A stretch of 20,682 nucleotides of DNA from Eledone cirrhosa. Lineage: Eukaryota. This document shows, piece by piece, positions 17,076-20,682 of this stretch. The DNA is taken from the NCBI GenBank assembly GCA_964016885.1, contig CAXHJY010001567.1:1-20682 (forward strand). Reading direction: 5' to 3'. Below the pieces are notes generated by a model. That model made no database searches. It was given only the letters and a program-made list of their open reading frames with translations, and was not told the origin of the DNA. Position 1 is the stretch's first letter. The number at the start of each line of letters is the position of its first letter. Position numbers and translations under genes: made by a program.

Positions 17076-17290
17076 TACATATATCTATACATATATATAT
17101 ATACGTATATATATGTATATATATATATATATACATAGATATGCATATATATATATATACATATATATGCATATATATACATATATATGCATATATATAT
17201 ATATATATATACATATATATGCATATATATATATACATATATATGCATATATATATATATACATATATATGCATATATATATATATATAT
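17076..17290. repeat. (TA)n microsatellite with ACATATATATGCATAT units
   Basis: Directly visible; the same variant unit continues at 17636-17815. Confidence 0.95.
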
Positions 17291-17635
17291 GGAGGCACAT
17301 GGCTTAGTGGTTAGAGCATTGGCCTTGCAATCGAAAGGTTGTGAGTTCAATTCTCAGACCGGGTGATGTGTTGTTTCCTTGAGCAAGACTCTTTATTTCA
17401 CATTGCTCCAGTTTACTCAGCTGTAGAAATGAGATGATAGGGACTGGGGTCCCTATCATTCCACTGCAAAGTGGTCGTGGAGGTGCCACGGCAAAAAAGC
17501 ACCCAGCACTCACTGTAAATGAGGTTGGTGTTAGGAAGGGCATCCAGCTGTAGAAATCAAGCCAGAATCAATTCCCGTCCCACCCTTGCAAGCAGGGAAA
17601 AGTGGACGTAAAATGATGATGATGATGATGATGAT
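17291..17635 (+). mobile_element. tRNA-derived CORE-SINE, copy S2
   Basis: tRNA-like head with A and B boxes, CORE-like domain (about 17365-17433), 11-bp hairpin, 3' boxes shared with the PHD-RTE, (ATG)n tail. Confidence 0.92.
17300..17353 (+). promoter_or_regulatory. RNA polymerase III type-2 internal promoter (A and B boxes) of SINE S2
   Basis: TGGCTTAGTGG at 17300-17310 and GAGTTCAATTC at 17343-17353 at tRNA-like spacing; equivalent boxes occur in S1 and S3. Confidence 0.75.
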
Positions 17636-17749
17636 ATATACATATATATGCATATATATATATATATATACATATATATGCATATATATACATATATATG
17701 CATATATATATATATACATATATATGCATATATATATACATATATATGC

Positions 17750-17782
<33 letters not shown>

Positions 17783-17815
17783 CGTATATATATACATATA
17801 TATATATATACATAT
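17636..17815. repeat. (TA)n microsatellite with ACATATATATGCATAT units between S2 and S3
   Basis: Directly visible. Confidence 0.95.
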
Positions 17816-18165
17816 GAGGGCACATGGCTTAGTGGTTCGAGTATTGCCCTTGCAATCGAAAGGTTGTGAGTTCAATTCTCAGTCCAGGTGATATGTTGTT
17901 TCCTTGAGCAAGACACTTTATTTCACATTGCTCCAGTTTACTCAGCTGTAGAAATGAGATGATAGGGACTGGGGTCCATATCATTCCACTGCAAAGTGGT
18001 CGTGGAGGTGCCACTGCAAAAAAGCACCCAGCACTCCCTGTAAATGAGGTTGGTGTTAGGAAGGGCATCCAGCTGTAAAAATCGAGCCAGAATCAGTTCC
18101 CGTCCCACCCTTGCAAGCAGGGAAAAGTGGACGTAAAATGAAATGATGATGATGATGATGATGAT
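17816..18165 (+). mobile_element. tRNA-derived CORE-SINE, copy S3
   Basis: Full-length and colinear with S2; private substitutions in the head; tail AAAATGAAATGATG is shared with S1. Confidence 0.92.
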
Positions 18166-18202
18166 ATATATACACATATATATATACGTATATATATACA
18201 TA

Positions 18203-18940
18203 TACTCTTTTACTCTTTTACCTGTTCCAGCCATCCAGTTGAGGCCATGCTGGGGCACTGCCCTTGTTGCTACACATTTTATCTCCAGCCTGTATTGGTT
18301 GGCCACTGGTGTAAGAGGGAGTTTGGTGCTGCTGCCCTTAGGTTTTCGTGCCTCGCTGTGGGCTCATCCGGGATCCTGGATAACAAGGTCTCGAGATGTA
18401 TCTTGAAGACATCCATCTCCACACCATGCAAATCTCTCAGATCCCTCGGCAGATTGTTGAAGAGTTGAGGGCCCTTGAATCCCAGGCTACTGCAATACCT
18501 GCTCCTTATTCTAGATGTGGAAGACGGGACCTTTGGCACCACACAGTGACGTCCTGTTCGACGGTTGGTCCAGCTCCCAATGCCAAAGTTTGGTGCTAGT
18601 CGCTCCAGGATTTTCCACATGTAGATCACTGCATATCTCTCCCGTCAGTTCCTTTAGCCTCTCCCAGTAGCTTGACTCCTTCATCGTGGCAATCATCTCA
18701 ATCTAGCTTCGCTGGATTGTCTCGAGCTCCGTGGTTAGTTTGACACTATGGGGTGACCACAACTGTGAGCAGTAGTCCAGGCGGCTTAGGACAAATGTCC
18801 TCCATAGTGTCAACATGGTGTCTCGGTCTCTTGTCTGGAAAGCCTTCAAGATCCAGCCAGTGAGTCGTCTGCACATTGTCGCCACTTTCATGATGTGTGA
18901 GGTAAGAGATGCATCATTGTTCATGTCTATACCCAGGTCT
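18203..18940 (-). mobile_element. 5'-truncated CR1-group LINE 3' fragment with (GTAAAAGA)n tail; ORF disrupted
   Basis: The minus strand gives DLGI...SRLDYCSQLWSP...LETIQR / SYWERLKEL / IYMWKIL...FNNLP...FKIHLE across three ORF pieces, typical of CR1/L2-group post-RT regions. The 3' end is GTGCCCCAGCATGGCC...GGTAAAAGAGTAAAAGAGTA. Confidence 0.85.
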
Positions 18941-18985
18941 GTATATATATATATATACCTATATATGTATATATATATGTATATG

Positions 18986-19016
<31 letters not shown>

Positions 19017-19017
19017 G
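18941..19017. repeat. Short (TA)n/TG tract
   Basis: Directly visible. Confidence 0.93.
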
Positions 19018-19107
19018 TTTGTAGATAGCTGTTTTAGGTTATGTAACTGTTATAGAAACACGTGTCAATAAATTCCTTTCAACTAAACTGTATCCATTCA
19101 AATCTTT

Positions 19108-20682
<1,575 letters not shown>

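Noticed and set aside
17291-17362. Functional tRNA gene (TGC in the anticodon-loop position), also in S1 and S3
   Set aside because: Acceptor and anticodon stems pair poorly and the sequence runs into CORE and a LINE-type tail, so it is a SINE head; the parental tRNA cannot be assigned reliably.
10750-18165. CRISPR-like or prokaryotic RT system (retron/DGR) suggested by recurring GGATGCCCTTCCTAACACCAACC near an RT
   Set aside because: The repeats are parts of dispersed LINE/SINE 3' ends in both orientations with no regular spacers, and the RT is non-LTR RTE type in eukaryotic repeat DNA.
19018-19107. 90-bp non-repeat island with AATAAA, CACGTG and a TTTTAG possible splice acceptor
   Set aside because: Short motifs expected by chance in AT-rich DNA, with no ORF or other support for an exon or regulatory site.

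Overview
Eukaryotic, essentially gene-free repeat DNA. About two-thirds of the window is irregular (TA)n microsatellite interrupted by TG or CA, including tracts of about 6.5 kb, 2.1 kb and 1.6 kb; these tracts generate all the long Y/I/M/C/V ORFs, which are artefacts. Ten non-LTR retroposon insertions sit inside the tracts. Four are 5'-truncated copies of an RTE-type LINE with a (GAT)n tail whose reverse transcriptase carries a PHD-like C4HC3 finger inside the RT core; one copy has an intact ~630-codon frame. One is a decayed RTE/BovB-like LINE with a (CAT)n tail and three C-terminal C2H2 fingers, one is a probable internally deleted relative of it, three are tRNA-headed CORE-SINEs sharing their 3' end with the PHD-RTE, and one is a CR1-group fragment. 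From recall only, the repeats resemble those of octopod cephalopods. The most notable points are the PHD-in-RT architecture, the strict strand polarity of the TA tracts, the fixed orientation of each retroposon family relative to that polarity (with a possibly inverted 14.4-18.2 kb block), and a covarying 3' stem-loop shared by SINE and LINE.
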